A DNA stretch of 61,873 nucleotides, the filler included, from Sphacelaria rigidula (Eukaryota), in NCBI GenBank assembly GCA_964200075.2. It is 9 parts of 9 records of this genome, joined end to end, with 100 filler letters (N's around TTAATTAATTAA, not from the genome) between each part and the next. Parts side by side here need not be neighbours in the genome. Positions count along the whole stretch, not along the records: positions 34,431 to 41,216 come from CAXNAA020018089.1; positions 41,317 to 48,102 come from CAXNAA020018090.1; positions 48,203 to 54,988 come from CAXNAA020018091.1; 6 more parts are not named here. One strand, given 5' to 3'. This document shows, in pieces, positions 39,359 to 51,425 of this stretch. The notes under the pieces were generated by a model, which saw only the letters and a program-made list of their open reading frames with translations, was not told the DNA's origin and made no database searches. Every line of letters begins with the position of its first letter. Position 1 is the first letter of the stretch. A program made the position numbers and the translations under genes.

Positions 39359-39981
39359 GTATACATATGGATCGGAAGTAGTGTTCGAAAATATCAATGG
39401 CTCTCAAGGACCCCCCCCCCCTCGTCCCCTCTGAAGCCGTCATAAATCGTTGCTCATAATATTCTGTCGCCTGGGTTGTCCACACCCCAGGTGTTAGCTG
39501 TTGTCTGCGTGTATGTATACGGGATTCAGTTTTGTTGTCCAAGATCCTCCCGATTTCGCTTCATATACTGTACAGCTTATTCCGTTCGCTTCATTCATTT
39601 CGTCAGCGCATGTAAATGATCAACGTTATTTATGAACGGCTGCCGCAGAGCACGCAGGATTCGCGACACCCCCCCCGACCCCTGTTTGGTACTAAATACT
39701 GTATTGCAGGTCAAACTCCTTCCTCGTATTCACCGCACAAGCGTTTTTTTCGATAGCTCTTGTTGCTGGTGCTTGGTTTCGCCAACACCACTGTGCACGG
39801 TATTTGTTCAATTTGAAAATGCTTCTTCGGCGCTGACTTTTTACGCTTGTGCGTCTCTTGCTTCTCTTGTTTCCGTCTCCGCGATCTGATTGACCGTAAC
39901 CCTCACTCCCTCGATTATTTTTTGTTTGTTTTCCTCGTCTCTCGGTTTTATCGAATAATTATGCGTGCATGTTTGATGCAG

Positions 39982-40140
39982 TCGTTCAAAGAATGCCGAA
40001 GGGTTCCCCCGATGGTAGGGTCTCCTGCATTGCTTCTGGCCTGTCTCGGGATGTCGCTCGCCGTCACCATCTCCTCCGCCGTGTTTTGGAATGAACTTAT
40101 GGTCACCGGCGGGTATTTCTGGGTAACCAACAACGAGTGC
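39982..40140 (+). CDS. Multi-pass membrane protein, next exon
   Basis: tgcag|TCG...TGC|gtgagt, 159 nt, phase 0/0. One TM helix followed by GGYFWVTNNEC. Confidence 0.55.
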
Positions 40141-41746
40141 GTGAGTACACTTGATCGGAAGTCGCTCACACATTCAACAGCCTCGGAACCTGAATGAAGG
40201 AACGGAATGGTGATACTGAGGGGCTGGCTTGCAGTACAACACGGACTCAGATGTGAATGTTTCGGGATGTGCGTCTGTGTCACATCAAGTAGGCACATCC
40301 ATCCAATGGTGTTTCTCACGTGTTCACCGATCTCGTCTTTGTTTACACAACGATGTGTTCTGTTGAAGGTACGTCAAATATGTTTTTCGAGTTGTGACAA
40401 GTGGACGCAAATATGTGACGTAATGTCTCGCTGTCACGTACTTCTTGATCGTTTATATGAGGATGGATTCTTATACATGAGTCATTGCCAACAGGGCGAG
40501 CATTGTCTGCAGTCCTTCATGTTCCTTCGTGACGAAGACCGCGTTTCGGCAGGCATACGCAGGCCTTTCTCAATATAGTCATCTACAGTGCGACAGAATC
40601 TAGCGTGTTGTTTTGTTGAAAATGTGGGTGTGGCTTGCCTGCGTACACAAGTATGCAGCACAGTGTCCCAACTTTCAAAAGACATGAACAACGGTTCAAC
40701 TCGTGAACCCAGCTCTAACAAGAGAGCTCGCAGAGGATACATGGTGTTACTGAAACGCTTGCTTCGGGCAGTAAAAGAAAGGATTTTGTTCTTCACTAGC
40801 GCTTCCCTTGGCTAACTGGGAATCAAATCACGCAACTTTCTTCTTCAAACAGAAAACTCATGATAAATTAGCAAGCATGCTGAGGTGGGTAGCTTTGGAG
40901 AGTGAACATAAGGGGTTGCCTCAATCTCAGTATCGCAACAAAGCTCTTGAATACTGTAACACCGTCTATCCAAACCGTTGATGCCTTGCACGCTATGTAC
41001 CAAACTCTTGACTATCCTTGCATTATGCTGACTTCCTGTGTACGACCCTTGCGTGCAGTACACGAGCTGTTCATTGTTTCGCAGCGAATGTTTCACCTAT
41101 TCGCTTACTACTACAATCATTGCTACTGATGCTGAATCGTAACTGGTTCTGCTGCTAAATTTGCATACGTCGGACGAGCACGAGTGTCACTCGTGGCACT
41201 CGTGCTCGTTGGGCTGNNNNNNNNNNNNNNNNNNNNNNNNNNNNNNNNNNNNNNNNNNNNTTAATTAATTAANNNNNNNNNNNNNNNNNNNNNNNNNNNN
41301 NNNNNNNNNNNNNNNNAGGAGCCCCTGAACCAGACAAAAATTCGCGAAAAAAGTGCACCCCTACCGTAGCATTGCTCAGAGGGAGGAGGGGGTGGGGTGG
41401 GGGGCGTGAGTAGATCAGAACGGAACGTGGAGAACAGTGCCTACCCTTGCTTTTGTACTCGTGTTTACGCTAGAGAAGTTTGAAGGTAGTCACCCTGTCA
41501 GCTGGAGAAGCTCGTCTCGGTCTACCTTACATCATATCCCGCGAGAGGGTTTGTCGGTGTGCGTATCTGCCTCGCGAAAGCGTTGTCAGGCGTTGCAAAA
41601 GTTGAGGAACATGCACCCACACGCATGTTGGGTTGAATGCGGCTGACACGTGGCGCCATGATTCTTGTTCTGCTGTCCCTTAAGCCTGAAACATTGTTAA
41701 CCCAGTTGCTTACGTGGCTCATTGCTCCGTCTTTCTACTGATGCAG

Positions 41747-41868
41747 AGAGCTGCAATCGCATGCGCGGGCGTACTGGTGGACGACAGCGTGAAGCAACTT
41801 CTCGGTCTCTGTGTCTTGTCCTTCATGCGTCTTGTTCTCCTGCTCATGCTGAAGCCCTTCGCCAACAG
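41747..41868 (+). CDS. Transmembrane protein (contig 7), exon
   Basis: tgcag|AGA...AACAG|gtgcc. Reads RAAIACAGVLVDDSVKQLLGLCVLSFMRLVLLLMLKPFAN, phase 2 matching 43190. Confidence 0.65.
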
Positions 41869-43189
41869 GTGCCTTCGCGCGCGCGCGCGTGTGTGTGTGT
41901 GTTTTCTTTTTTATGTTTTCGAGGTTCTCAGGACCCAGTGCATCCCGTGGGCTATGCCATCATCACTGTTACTCTTTGCCAACCCGCTATGGTACACAAA
42001 CCTACTTGAACAATGGACGATTCGTGCTTTGCGCATAATCTTCGGACCTGCAATTTCCGGCGTCATCATTTGCTATTTTTTTCATTGGCTGGGCCGGCGA
42101 AATTCTTGTGGCTCGGACCTGCATCATACATCGTTCTGTTCGCGGGTTGCTCTTGTACCGCAATTTGTATTTCGCTGACCCATTGCAATTCAGCCGAAGT
42201 AGTATCCGAAGCACATGAGACTATTTTGTGAACACACATTAGCAGGTCCGGATACAGAGTGGTTGTGCCACGAAGCTGAGCGACCACACGCTGGCCGTCA
42301 TACGAGCTGGGCCGGCGTAGGAACTGATATTCCTTCCAGCACACATACTCGAGAATGGCGATGAGATATCGCCATGTGAACATATCGTCTTGCCGATTGC
42401 CGTGTGCGTGCTCCCAGCAGCTTGCAAAGTACTTCGGTGCGTTTCCAAAGGAAAAACAGGCGTGTGAGGATATTGTACTGGCTCCAGTATCCGGTGGAAA
42501 CTGACAAAGAATACGGCGGAGCTACTTTTTCAAAATGCGGTGGATTGCTTCTGTCCATGCTTGAGGCTCTTGTGCGCCCCTTTGCGTGCATCACTCGCGC
42601 GCGCTGCGCTCTGAGATATGGCGTCGAGCCCACCGAGCGATCAGCGCTGCGAGGGGACCTCCGTTCCCATCATTTACGATAACGAGAAGGATAAGTGACT
42701 GTTGAGGCTACATTACACAATCAAAGCTACGTGGCAGCATCGCCGGTAGTTCTCATTGCGAACAGGCTCCAAGCACTGCTCACGCGAAAGCGTCCATGCG
42801 CGGGGCGAATCGATGGACCACACATAGGTCTACCCTTGACCAGGAGTCAGATTTCGGTTTTGGTTTTAATTTTCATATTTGAGGGGGACCGAAAAAATTC
42901 TCAAACACTCCTTCGGCCGGAGGTGTGTTCAAAGAAAAAAAAAGAATCTGCTCGCAAATAAAGGGCAGGCTGACGCACGTTGTCTATCTTGTGTCGAAGC
43001 ATCACCCCGAAATTTGGAATATTCCGCCCTGCATGGGCAGTGGACTGTTGAGGCGAAGTCTTGGCCGGCTAACGTACCACTTTCCTCCACGGATGCCATG
43101 TATGTATACACCAAGTTATGTCCTGTCGCGCATGACTTTCACGGTAACCCCCAGCTTGTTCGGGTCCTTGCTCATGGTCGAAATCTCAG

Positions 43190-43338
43190 GATTGTCAACG
43201 CGATCGGGGCTTGCCTTGCTACTATAAATGCGATCAGTATGGCAGCCCTCGGAGTGTCAGCCATGTGGGAAGACGGCAGCGCTGCTGGAGCCACCGTTAA
43301 TGATGATGTCATGATTGTGCAGACAATCACCCTCTGCT
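43190..43338 (+). CDS. Transmembrane protein (contig 7), exon
   Basis: ctcag|G ATT...TGC T|gtgagt. Phases match both neighbouring exons. Confidence 0.65.
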
Positions 43339-43631
43339 GTGAGTCCGATGGCATCGAATGCTTGTGCCGGGGCAGAAATAGACAGGTCGAACGATTAAAT
43401 GTGCGTTTTCCCCCCACCTCTCCTGAACATCTTCCGTGACCACCTCGCGATTACGCGCAGTAACATTGTACAGTGTCATGTTTTTCGCTTTTCGGATGCG
43501 CAGCAAGCGAGTGTCGTGCGTGCTCTGGGGGCTTACCTAATGAAGATCCTTCTCGACGTGTGCTCCTCGTGCTGATATCCAAACGGCTGCATTTGTGTGA
43601 ATTTTCCTTGTTGAAATGATGAAACTCGCAG

Positions 43632-43720
43632 TGCTCGTGGTCCCAGTGTTGATGGAAGCGATGGTCATCGCGCACGGAGTGTCCCGCAGCATACTGGCTA
43701 AGGTCGCCCATAATGCAAAG
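43632..43720 (+). CDS. Transmembrane protein (contig 7), exon
   Basis: cgcag|TG CTC GTG...GCA AAG|gtacc. Reads LLVVPVLMEAMVIAHGVSRSILAKVAHNAK. Confidence 0.6.
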
Positions 43721-44173
43721 GTACCGGGAGTTGCCCCAACTCGTGTTGCATGCAACATACTGTAATATCGAGCGCAACTATTGCTAGCGTGTTTCGCAAC
43801 CCCCCGCTCTTGACACAAACATGCAGGGGGGCTTCCCTCCCCCCGCCGTCACAGATATTTTGATGAGTAATTTCATCGACCCGTCCAGCCCCCACGCCCC
43901 CGCATGTATCGCTACTGCATATGTAGTCTGCCTTTGGTATGATTTCTGTCCTCGATTTGCTTAGCCTCTCGCTCTTTTCGATTCCTGGATGTCGCAGTCA
44001 TCGTGTTTCAGCGTTGGCCTGCAATGGGCATGCACCGTCGCAGCGGGATTGATGGAACCATGGGATGGGATGAGATCTTATCTTGATTTGTGAGTGTGAC
44101 TGCACTTGTTGTCTGCAACCACTCAGACGCTCGCTCACCTCGGTTCAATATACGCATACATGCAAACCATCAG

Positions 44174-45823
44174 GTAAGAAATGAAGAGGAGCGAGAGATA
44201 CAACATGTCATTCAAAGCTACACCCTACACTTTGGGGTCTCCACTTGCTGCACGATATTGCTCCACAACATTTCGGCGTTTGCACAAGACATTCGGCGGG
44301 GTCTCCACCGAGCCCCGGGAATCATATCGGTCACTGAGAGCCCTCCACCCCATGTACCGGGTGACGTCGCACGCGTCATCGACTACACACCAGAAGAGGT
44401 CTTGATCGAGCCGTTCCACATGGGGGCGGGGGGCGCAACCAGCTGCCGCACCGCGCACGTGCAGATCGCACGTGTGACCGACGGAGTAGAATATTATGAA
44501 AAAACTGATAGCGGGCGGAACTGGAGTTTAAACTCGAGCGGCCGCTTCGTTCCTAGGTCTCAACCATCACATGCGTCTTCTGCTCCGATGCCACAAGGCA
44601 GCGAGTCCACAACAAACGCCGCAGCTGGCGTGGATGGGGAAACGACAGCTGTCCGTCGTACGGAGGGTGTGGTGGGTGGCACTAGCTATGGTCTCCCTTA
44701 TCGCCCGCAGTCGTTGGATCATAGAAGTAGCGGGAGACAATTGGTAAGCCGAGGGGTGTTTGAAGCAGAGGTCGAAGATGTTGACAACTTGAGCAGGGGC
44801 TATACGGTTTTCTCGTCATGCCCCGCCCGCCTTGAGGCCGTCCTAGATGAGGCAGAATATCGAAGCCCGACCGCAAGCGTCGCGTTTCCGTGGCGTGGAT
44901 CCTTGCTCATGTCGTCGAGCGGAGCGGCGACATCCCAGGTCGAACCCGACAGACATAATCTCGCGCTTGATGTCGACGACCGGGCAAGGCAGAACAATGC
45001 AAAGCTGTCGGCTCCGTCGGTCGTTCTGAAACGACGTTTCGACGCGAACGGTGTAAAGCCAGCAGCAGGAGAAATCGTAGATAACTCAAACGCGCGACTC
45101 ATCTGGCCATCGGGTACGACCAAAGGCGTAGAGGATGTGGCAGTTTCCGGGTCGTCTTCTGCTACTGGCCATTCCGGGTCAACACCGGCGCTCGAGAGCA
45201 AAGGCGGTCCTCCCTGTCACACAAATAGGGTGAACTGTGGGGATCCCAGCACACTCTCTACGAATAACGGCGAGGTACGGAAGACACATGACCTGGATCA
45301 AACCCCGTGCGCGAATGATGTATCCTGCGCGACAGATTCGTCTGCGGGGAACGTCAAGTCAACCACTGGGATTGAAAGGGGAGACATGATCTCGAATGGC
45401 CGCCGCATAGAATGGCTAGAAGATATCGAGGGTAGCAGCGGCAAACACAGGCTGATCCATCGCTCATACTCGGAAGAATGCACTGACCAAGAGGGTTTCA
45501 CAACACCGCCTAGTACGGAAGAGGGAAGCAGTAACGGCGGGGAGTCTTCTGCCAGCTCCGCCAGAAGAAGTAGCCCTTGGCGGTTGACACCAGGTTGTCG
45601 CTCTTACTCGTTTGAGAGTGCACCAGACGAGAAGGGAGATATGTCTGTCGGCAGGCCGAGTTCCATACCATACTACGTTGACTACTCCGATGTTTCAGCG
45701 GGGGGCGGCCATCTAGCTGTGAATGCGCCGGAACAGGGACGGGAAACAGATCCTGATATGAGACGTTTAAGATGGCAAGAAGCTACTGGAATCAATGCGA
45801 GCGGGAGGGGGTTGATGTACTAG
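44174..45823 (+). CDS. Transmembrane protein (contig 7), long terminal exon encoding a Ser/Gly-rich, probably disordered tail
   Basis: catcag|GTA acceptor in frame with the 577-aa ORF. 1650-nt open frame to TAG. Phase 0 matches the previous exon. Confidence 0.7.
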   Translation, partial: VRNEEEREIQHVIQSYTLHFGVSTCCTILLHNISAFAQDIRRGLHRAPGIISVTESPPPHVPGDVARVIDYTPEEVLIEPFHMGAGGATSCRTAHVQIARVTDGVEYYEKTDSGRNWSLNSSGRFVPRSQPSHASSAPMPQGSESTTNAAAGVDGETTAVRRTEGVVGGTSYGLPYRPQSLDHRSSGRQLVSRGVFEAEVEDVDNLSRGYTVFSSCPARLEAVLDEAEYRSPTASVAFPWRGSLLMSSSGAATSQVEPDRHNLALDVDDRARQNNAKLSAPSVVLKRRFDANGVKPAAGEIVDNSNARLIWPSGTTKGVEDVAVSGSSSATGHSGSTPALESKGGPPCHTNRVNCGDPSTLSTNNGEVRKTHDLDQTPCANDVSCATDSSAGNVKSTTGIERGDMISNGRRIEWLEDIEGSSGKHRLIHRSYSEECTDQEGFTTPPSTEEGSSNGGESSASSARRSSPWRLTPGCRSYSFESAPDEKGDMSVGRPSSIPYYVDYSDVSAGGGHLAVNAPEQGRETDPDMRRLRWQEATGINASGRGLMY

Positions 45824-48202
45824 AGCATGGGCGTGCTGGGGGAGATAAATGTGGTTCAGGTTCTCGGGGATTCGATGTCGTTGTCGACTTCTCGAGGTAC
45901 AAAGACCTGACGCGATGTGCTTCGGGCGTGGGCGCGCTCGAAGGCCGTTTGTGCGTGCTGTCTCTCGGTGTCATGTATCTACAGTATCACTCTGCCTGAG
46001 GGTATGCCTTCCAGCTTTCGAGTGACGTCGCTTGGTTTGCCAGGCACGGAATCTCGCGAAGGCGTGGATCGGAGATGACGTGTCGCGGTCGTTACGTAAG
46101 TTGAGACCACCGCGACATCGATCGATGGAAACAGTGGCAGCACGCGATGAAGGGAATGTACGTTGTCACAGTCAAGCAGCTCAGAGCGGGAGCAGAGATG
46201 TTGACTCAATCTCGCCGACCTATTTGTGTTACAGCAGCACGGCACAGAGCTCATGGCATGGATGAGATCGTGCGTGCGCGTTGTCGACCTCCGCCTGTTC
46301 AAGCTCGTCGGATGCCTTTCATACAAGCATGTTTACGCATGTATGCGACAGGATTTTTACTTGAAGCAGAGAATGTACAAAGGTCAGTGCAAAATTTATA
46401 TTCTGCGGAAGGCGGTTGACGCCGTCTCCGCAATTTGTCGTGGTCCGAAAGCAACCTTCGGCGGTACAGTGGTCATGAATCTAGACCACAACCACACTAC
46501 TGTATAAGTAGCTTTTGCCGAGAGGTTTCAAGGGCAGTTCTGTCGTCGGTTCATGTTTGAATTCGTACGCGCTACCTACTGCGTTTTTGTGTGAATCGTT
46601 TGCTGTGCCCACTCTACCAAATATCCCGTATTTAAAGTTGTTTTCGACTGTTTTCATGATGCTGTGGTTTGTTTGGTTGCATTGTTTCATTGCTTTTCGT
46701 TTGTCGTCATGGGCTAGCGTACGGCATATACTGAGACTCCAGTTCTGCAGAGAAATACCGTAGTATTGTAGGCCACCACGCATGTGTTGATGGACGCTGC
46801 ACACTCGTCCATCCGCCGACAGATCATCTCCCAATGCGACCAGCTGAGGGATCGAGGACTGCTGTAGTGAGTACAGAGTAAGGTTCATTGTAGTGATTGA
46901 ATAGGAGCCTGGAGCGACCTTGTGAACGCCCCTCCAATGGACATGATACACCACGACCCGCCCTTACACGATAAGTGCTAGGTATGTAGGAGATCGGTGG
47001 AAAGAACCAGGTATAGTAGGATCAAAATCACCGTCTCGTGCAAGAGGGGATTACTGAAGTCACAGTTTGACTTGTGTGCGAGAAGCTCATGGTGTAAGCA
47101 TATGATCACGATGGATTAAAGTTGTAAAAATGAAATAAGTTTTCTTGCCGGAATTGTGATATGGGAGTATGTGACATCAAGACGGAAAACAAGGCGTGCA
47201 CACCCTGACTCCCCCCTTCCTCACCCCTCGTCCACCCTCTTCTCAATTTCTTCTGTACCGAGCAAGTGCGCCCGTAGTCTGGAATCAAGACGCGTGGGCC
47301 CCCGATGTCGATGGTTGGCGTTCGTTGTGGATGTTCGGACGGAGGGTTGGCATTCAGCGAGTGCTGTGCTTCCCATAACTCCGTACAGTGATTCTCCAAT
47401 GATTTGAATTCTCCATCTGTATTGGAGATTGTATCGTGTTGAAGGCTACTACAACTTCGTGCAGCGTGAAAATCAGTTCTTATGCGGTGCAGAAACCTGC
47501 TTCGTTTCAGGAAATTACTTGGTTTCAGATTCGGTGTGGTATGATGCAACTTTAATGCATAACTTTGGTGCCGCGAACTATTTGGGCCTAAGCGCTTCTT
47601 GGGTGTTGAAACGTACATGAGCTCAGATTGGCTCCACAACCTGGTTTTGTTGCGTTGCTATTTCAAGGTTTCCAAGGGTCGGACAAGTCAGAGTTCAGCT
47701 GCACAAGCGGCTATTCGGCTCGTGTTTGGAAATCCTCTATCGCGATTTTCATCCTCTGAAGGGTAAAGTGATCCTCTGGAGGATAAAAGTATCCTGTAGA
47801 TGGTATTTCATCCTCAGTTCCGGTCATGAAACGAATCCTTTGGAGGGCACATGATTCCCTTGAGCACACAATTTTGCTGAGGGTGCCTCTGGGGAAATTT
47901 GGGGAAACAATACTCTTCCGGGTGTAAAGTTACCTCTGCAGTTTGCACTACATCAAACCTCTGGACGACATTTGTGTCCTAACTGCCTCCAGGGCACCTT
48001 CGGGCCCCAGCAATCTTGTATAGAGGTATCTAATCACGATTATTCTGATCTTTAGTTCTAGGTCGCTCACAGCGCAGCGGGGAAACTCGCCCCCCTCTCA
48101 GANNNNNNNNNNNNNNNNNNNNNNNNNNNNNNNNNNNNNNNNNNNNTTAATTAATTAANNNNNNNNNNNNNNNNNNNNNNNNNNNNNNNNNNNNNNNNNN
48201 NN

Positions 48203-48573
48203 ATGCGAGGTCAATGGTCTGATGACTATGGCAAGCATGATCATGAGTACACCCCCTATGATGAGACCCCCATGAGGCAGTTTATAAGCCGTGGCTTTCT
48301 CTGGAAGTGACGATATCAGAAAAGGAAGCAACTCATTGGAGGCTGTCATCCGTATGAAAGATGATCAGTACGCTTCCCTCGCAACAGCCATAGCAGGATG
48401 CAGCTCACCCTTCATACAACTCACCGAGCACACCACGGCGCTTCGCGCTTCGTTATTGATTACGAGCCTGGTCCGGCGAAAACCTGGCGTGCTCCCACCC
48501 GGCTTTGTAGGGATGCGAGGTCAATGTTCGTATGACTGTGGCATGCAAGATCATGAGTACACCTCCCCCCCCC
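48203..48573 (+). repeat. Tandem partial plus full unit of the ATCATGAGTAC..CCCCC repeat family
   Basis: The unit end ATGCGAGGTCAATG...ATCATGAGTACAC-CCCC occurs at 48203-48256 and again at 48513-48573. Confidence 0.85.
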
Positions 48574-48612
48574 CTGCCTCCCCGCCGCGTCGTACTACAC
48601 ATTTATTTCAAG

Positions 48613-48793
48613 GGCATTTGCAAGACTGTACGACACGTACGTGGGGGACAGCTTCAGGGTGGTGAACAATCTGGATGTCGTGGCCAGAATGCCGAGAGCA
48701 ACCATGGGGGGCATCTCGCTGGATTATGCGCACGCAGGACGGACGGTCATGGTTTCGGAGGACCCAGAGGAATGTCCGTGGATAGAGGGCCAG
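48613..48793 (+). CDS. Class 3 lipase (alpha/beta hydrolase), internal exon
   Basis: ttcaag|G GCA...CAG|gttag. Reads AFARLYDTYVGDSFRVVNNLDVVARMP...DYAHAG, the Lipase_3 RVVNxxDxVxRxP and YxHxG motifs. Confidence 0.85.
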
Positions 48794-49520
48794 GTTAGTG
48801 CGTTTGCATCTGTGCTGTCGTTGTTTTCGTCAAGAGGGATGTATAGTCATGCCCGAATACAGACCTATGCACGTGTGTGTCGGGATTCGCAGCTCGATGA
48901 CTTTTTTTTGGCTGTTTGTTCGAAGGGTATTCATCCATGCCCAAACACACGTTCTCACACATGACCCGTGATTGTTGATTTATTTCGTGTTGCCCTGCGC
49001 ATGGATCGATCCGAGAGCGCTTCCCTGAAATGAATCCTTCTTCACCCGAGCTTATTCATTAGCTGCTTCATGATCGGAGTCGTGTATCGCCATGCTTCAA
49101 ATGAAGAGAAACGGTTCATTAAAAGCGGCTCCTTACGTGAATCTCAGCCGTGCCCATCTCTCAACAACATCCTGCCGTATCTTGGCCATTTCCAACACGG
49201 TTAGGTTTACGCTTGATTCCACTTCTGTTCTGTTTTTTTTTTTTTTTCGCAGTCTTTTCGTGTTTTCCTCTTGATTTTTTTTTTTCTCACTGAAGATGGT
49301 GGATCCCGAGAACCTAGAAGATGGTGTGCTCCGCGGATAGCAGGGACGTACGGTTTGCGTGTGCATCGTTTTCTCAAGACTCACACTTCATGATGACTTC
49401 TTGAGGGTTGTAACGTTGACCACGGTATCCGGCCACCTTGGTACTGCATGGTAATTTTTGGACGGTATCTGGCCACCCTGGTACTACTCATCGGTACATG
49501 AACCAGCTGCACCTCGGTAC

Positions 49521-49750
49521 TTGATTGACCGATTGATTGGTTGTCGCACTTATACTGACCCTCCAGGGATCCAGCCGTGGTCACAATATAGACGTACACG
49601 AGACACGAAAAAACTGAAACACTCACTGAAGAAACAGGAGGAACAGAAATGGTCGAACAGAACGACACAGTAGACTAAGATGTAGAAAACAACAGTAATG
49701 AAAAGTCAAGAAAAGCCTTGATAATGCTCAGTAATATTTGGATCACAACG
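49521..49750 (-). mobile_element. Truncated non-LTR retrotransposon 3' end in the lipase intron
   Basis: The minus strand reads T-rich UTR then GACCACGGCTGGATCCC..GGTCAGTATAAGTGCGACAACCAATCAATC. Flanked by diverged direct repeats. Confidence 0.6.
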
Positions 49751-51329
49751 GGCCACCCTGGTACTCATTGGTACGTGAATCAGCTATCACGGTAATGTAC
49801 GGTATTTTTGTTTTTGGTGTGTATTTCTTCAGCGTGTCAACCCAGAGCTGAGTTGCGCCTATGTTAGACATCCGAATAACACGACTGGCACGCGGACCCG
49901 TTGTTTACGAAACTCATATGCAAGCTCAGCCTACTGAACACAGGCAGACTCTCGCAGCTAAAAGGGAAAAGACGACGAGCTGAACCCAGAGCTACGCCCA
50001 GTAATGTCAACCGCTTGTTCAGCGATCAAAAACCATACGAAACACTGCAATTCTCTTCCAGACAGAAATCGAAGTAGAAACTTAAGAACTAGAAAAAAAT
50101 ATGAAGTCAAAGCTGGCAGCATGTCGGGAATCTACAAACTGGTGGTAACTACCACTAACTAGTGATCTATAAATTAGCTGCTGATATGATAATCCAACAA
50201 TGGCTCATAGAGTTGGGTCGCCTGTTGTCGCCGTCTCCACTGCAACAACTTGTTCTTCGCCCCGAGTTGTCGTTGCTTCGTTGACTTCGACGGCATCGTG
50301 GATGGCCTTGGCCGTCATGCAAGAGCGAAACACACCACCCAAGAAAAAAACACATCCAAGAAGAGGTTATTCATGTTTTATTTTTATTTCCGTCACGTTA
50401 GCTCGATCTCTTGAACCTGTGGCAACACAGGATGCACGGAGCATAACATCCATACCCATGAATCAAACAGCCAACTGAGGAAGGCGAGTAATAGAACTTC
50501 TACCCGCAAAAAAAGGGTACCTACACACTACAAAAGATTCGTAAAATACCGATCGAACTACAAGAGACCTACTCGAAGCTGAAACGTCCCGGCGTGCGAC
50601 CTCTCCGACTACCTTGCCGCGCACTGGTGCCTACACAGTGTAGAAACAGCGAGTAAGCCGGTATTCTGATGAACAAAAACAAAATACAAAACAGAAACGA
50701 GGGAAAAACATCCCAAAATGACGTGGCGGGGGGTTTGAACTCACGACCTATCCACCATAACTTCGTACACGTTCACCTCTGTCGTACTGAAGTAACGTGG
50801 CGTCGACTGAAGTTCTATGCCATCGACCGGAGTTGTGAGTTCATTTTACGTATCAGACGATAATTAGGAGCAACACATTTACGTGGTATTTGTTGGGGGT
50901 GGAAATGAGAAACCACAGGTATGCCAGCATTTGCTTGGTAAAAGGGAACGGGAAAACGTCAGGTGCTCGGCTACGTTTCGGATGGGAGTGGTAACTTCGA
51001 TTTAATTTAGGCAACGTCCATTGCCCAATCACCGTGATTTTACCGCGGTAAAATTCCACATGGGAAGAATCTCGATGTAAGCCCTGGGTTTTTCCCACGT
51101 GCTTGACGAGGTGGTACTTCGTACGTTGTGTCGCTTTGCTTCTCTTCAGCCGTTCGTTGTCTTTGCTGTTCGTTCTTTGTTCACACGTTTGCTTTTTCGT
51201 GGAGCCTCAGTCCGTCTTTCGGGCATATTTCGGAGCGCTGTTTTCGTTTTTCGTTTTTTTCCCTTACATTGTTGTGGTGGAGCCCCAGTCTGTCTTTGTT
51301 GTTTACATTTTCGGGATGTATGTTTTTAG

Positions 51330-51425
51330 GTTGTGTTGTGTTGTGTTGTGTTGTGCTGTGCTGTGTTGTGCTGTGTCGTGCTGTGTTGTGCTGTGTTGTG
51401 CTGTGTTGTGCTGTGTTGTGCTGTA
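51330..51425. repeat. (TGTGT/TGTGC)n pentanucleotide microsatellite
   Basis: Direct inspection. Confidence 0.95.

Noticed and set aside
37064..45823. A single membrane-protein gene spanning the linker at 41217-41316
   Set aside because: The two halves are on different size-sorted contigs, so same-strand adjacency is not evidence of linkage.
50722..50760. tRNA-like T-arm on the minus strand (GGTCGTGAGTTCAAACCC), with a similar GGGTTCGAATCCC near 59200
   Set aside because: No full cloverleaf or acceptor stem could be built. At most these are tRNA-derived SINE remnants.
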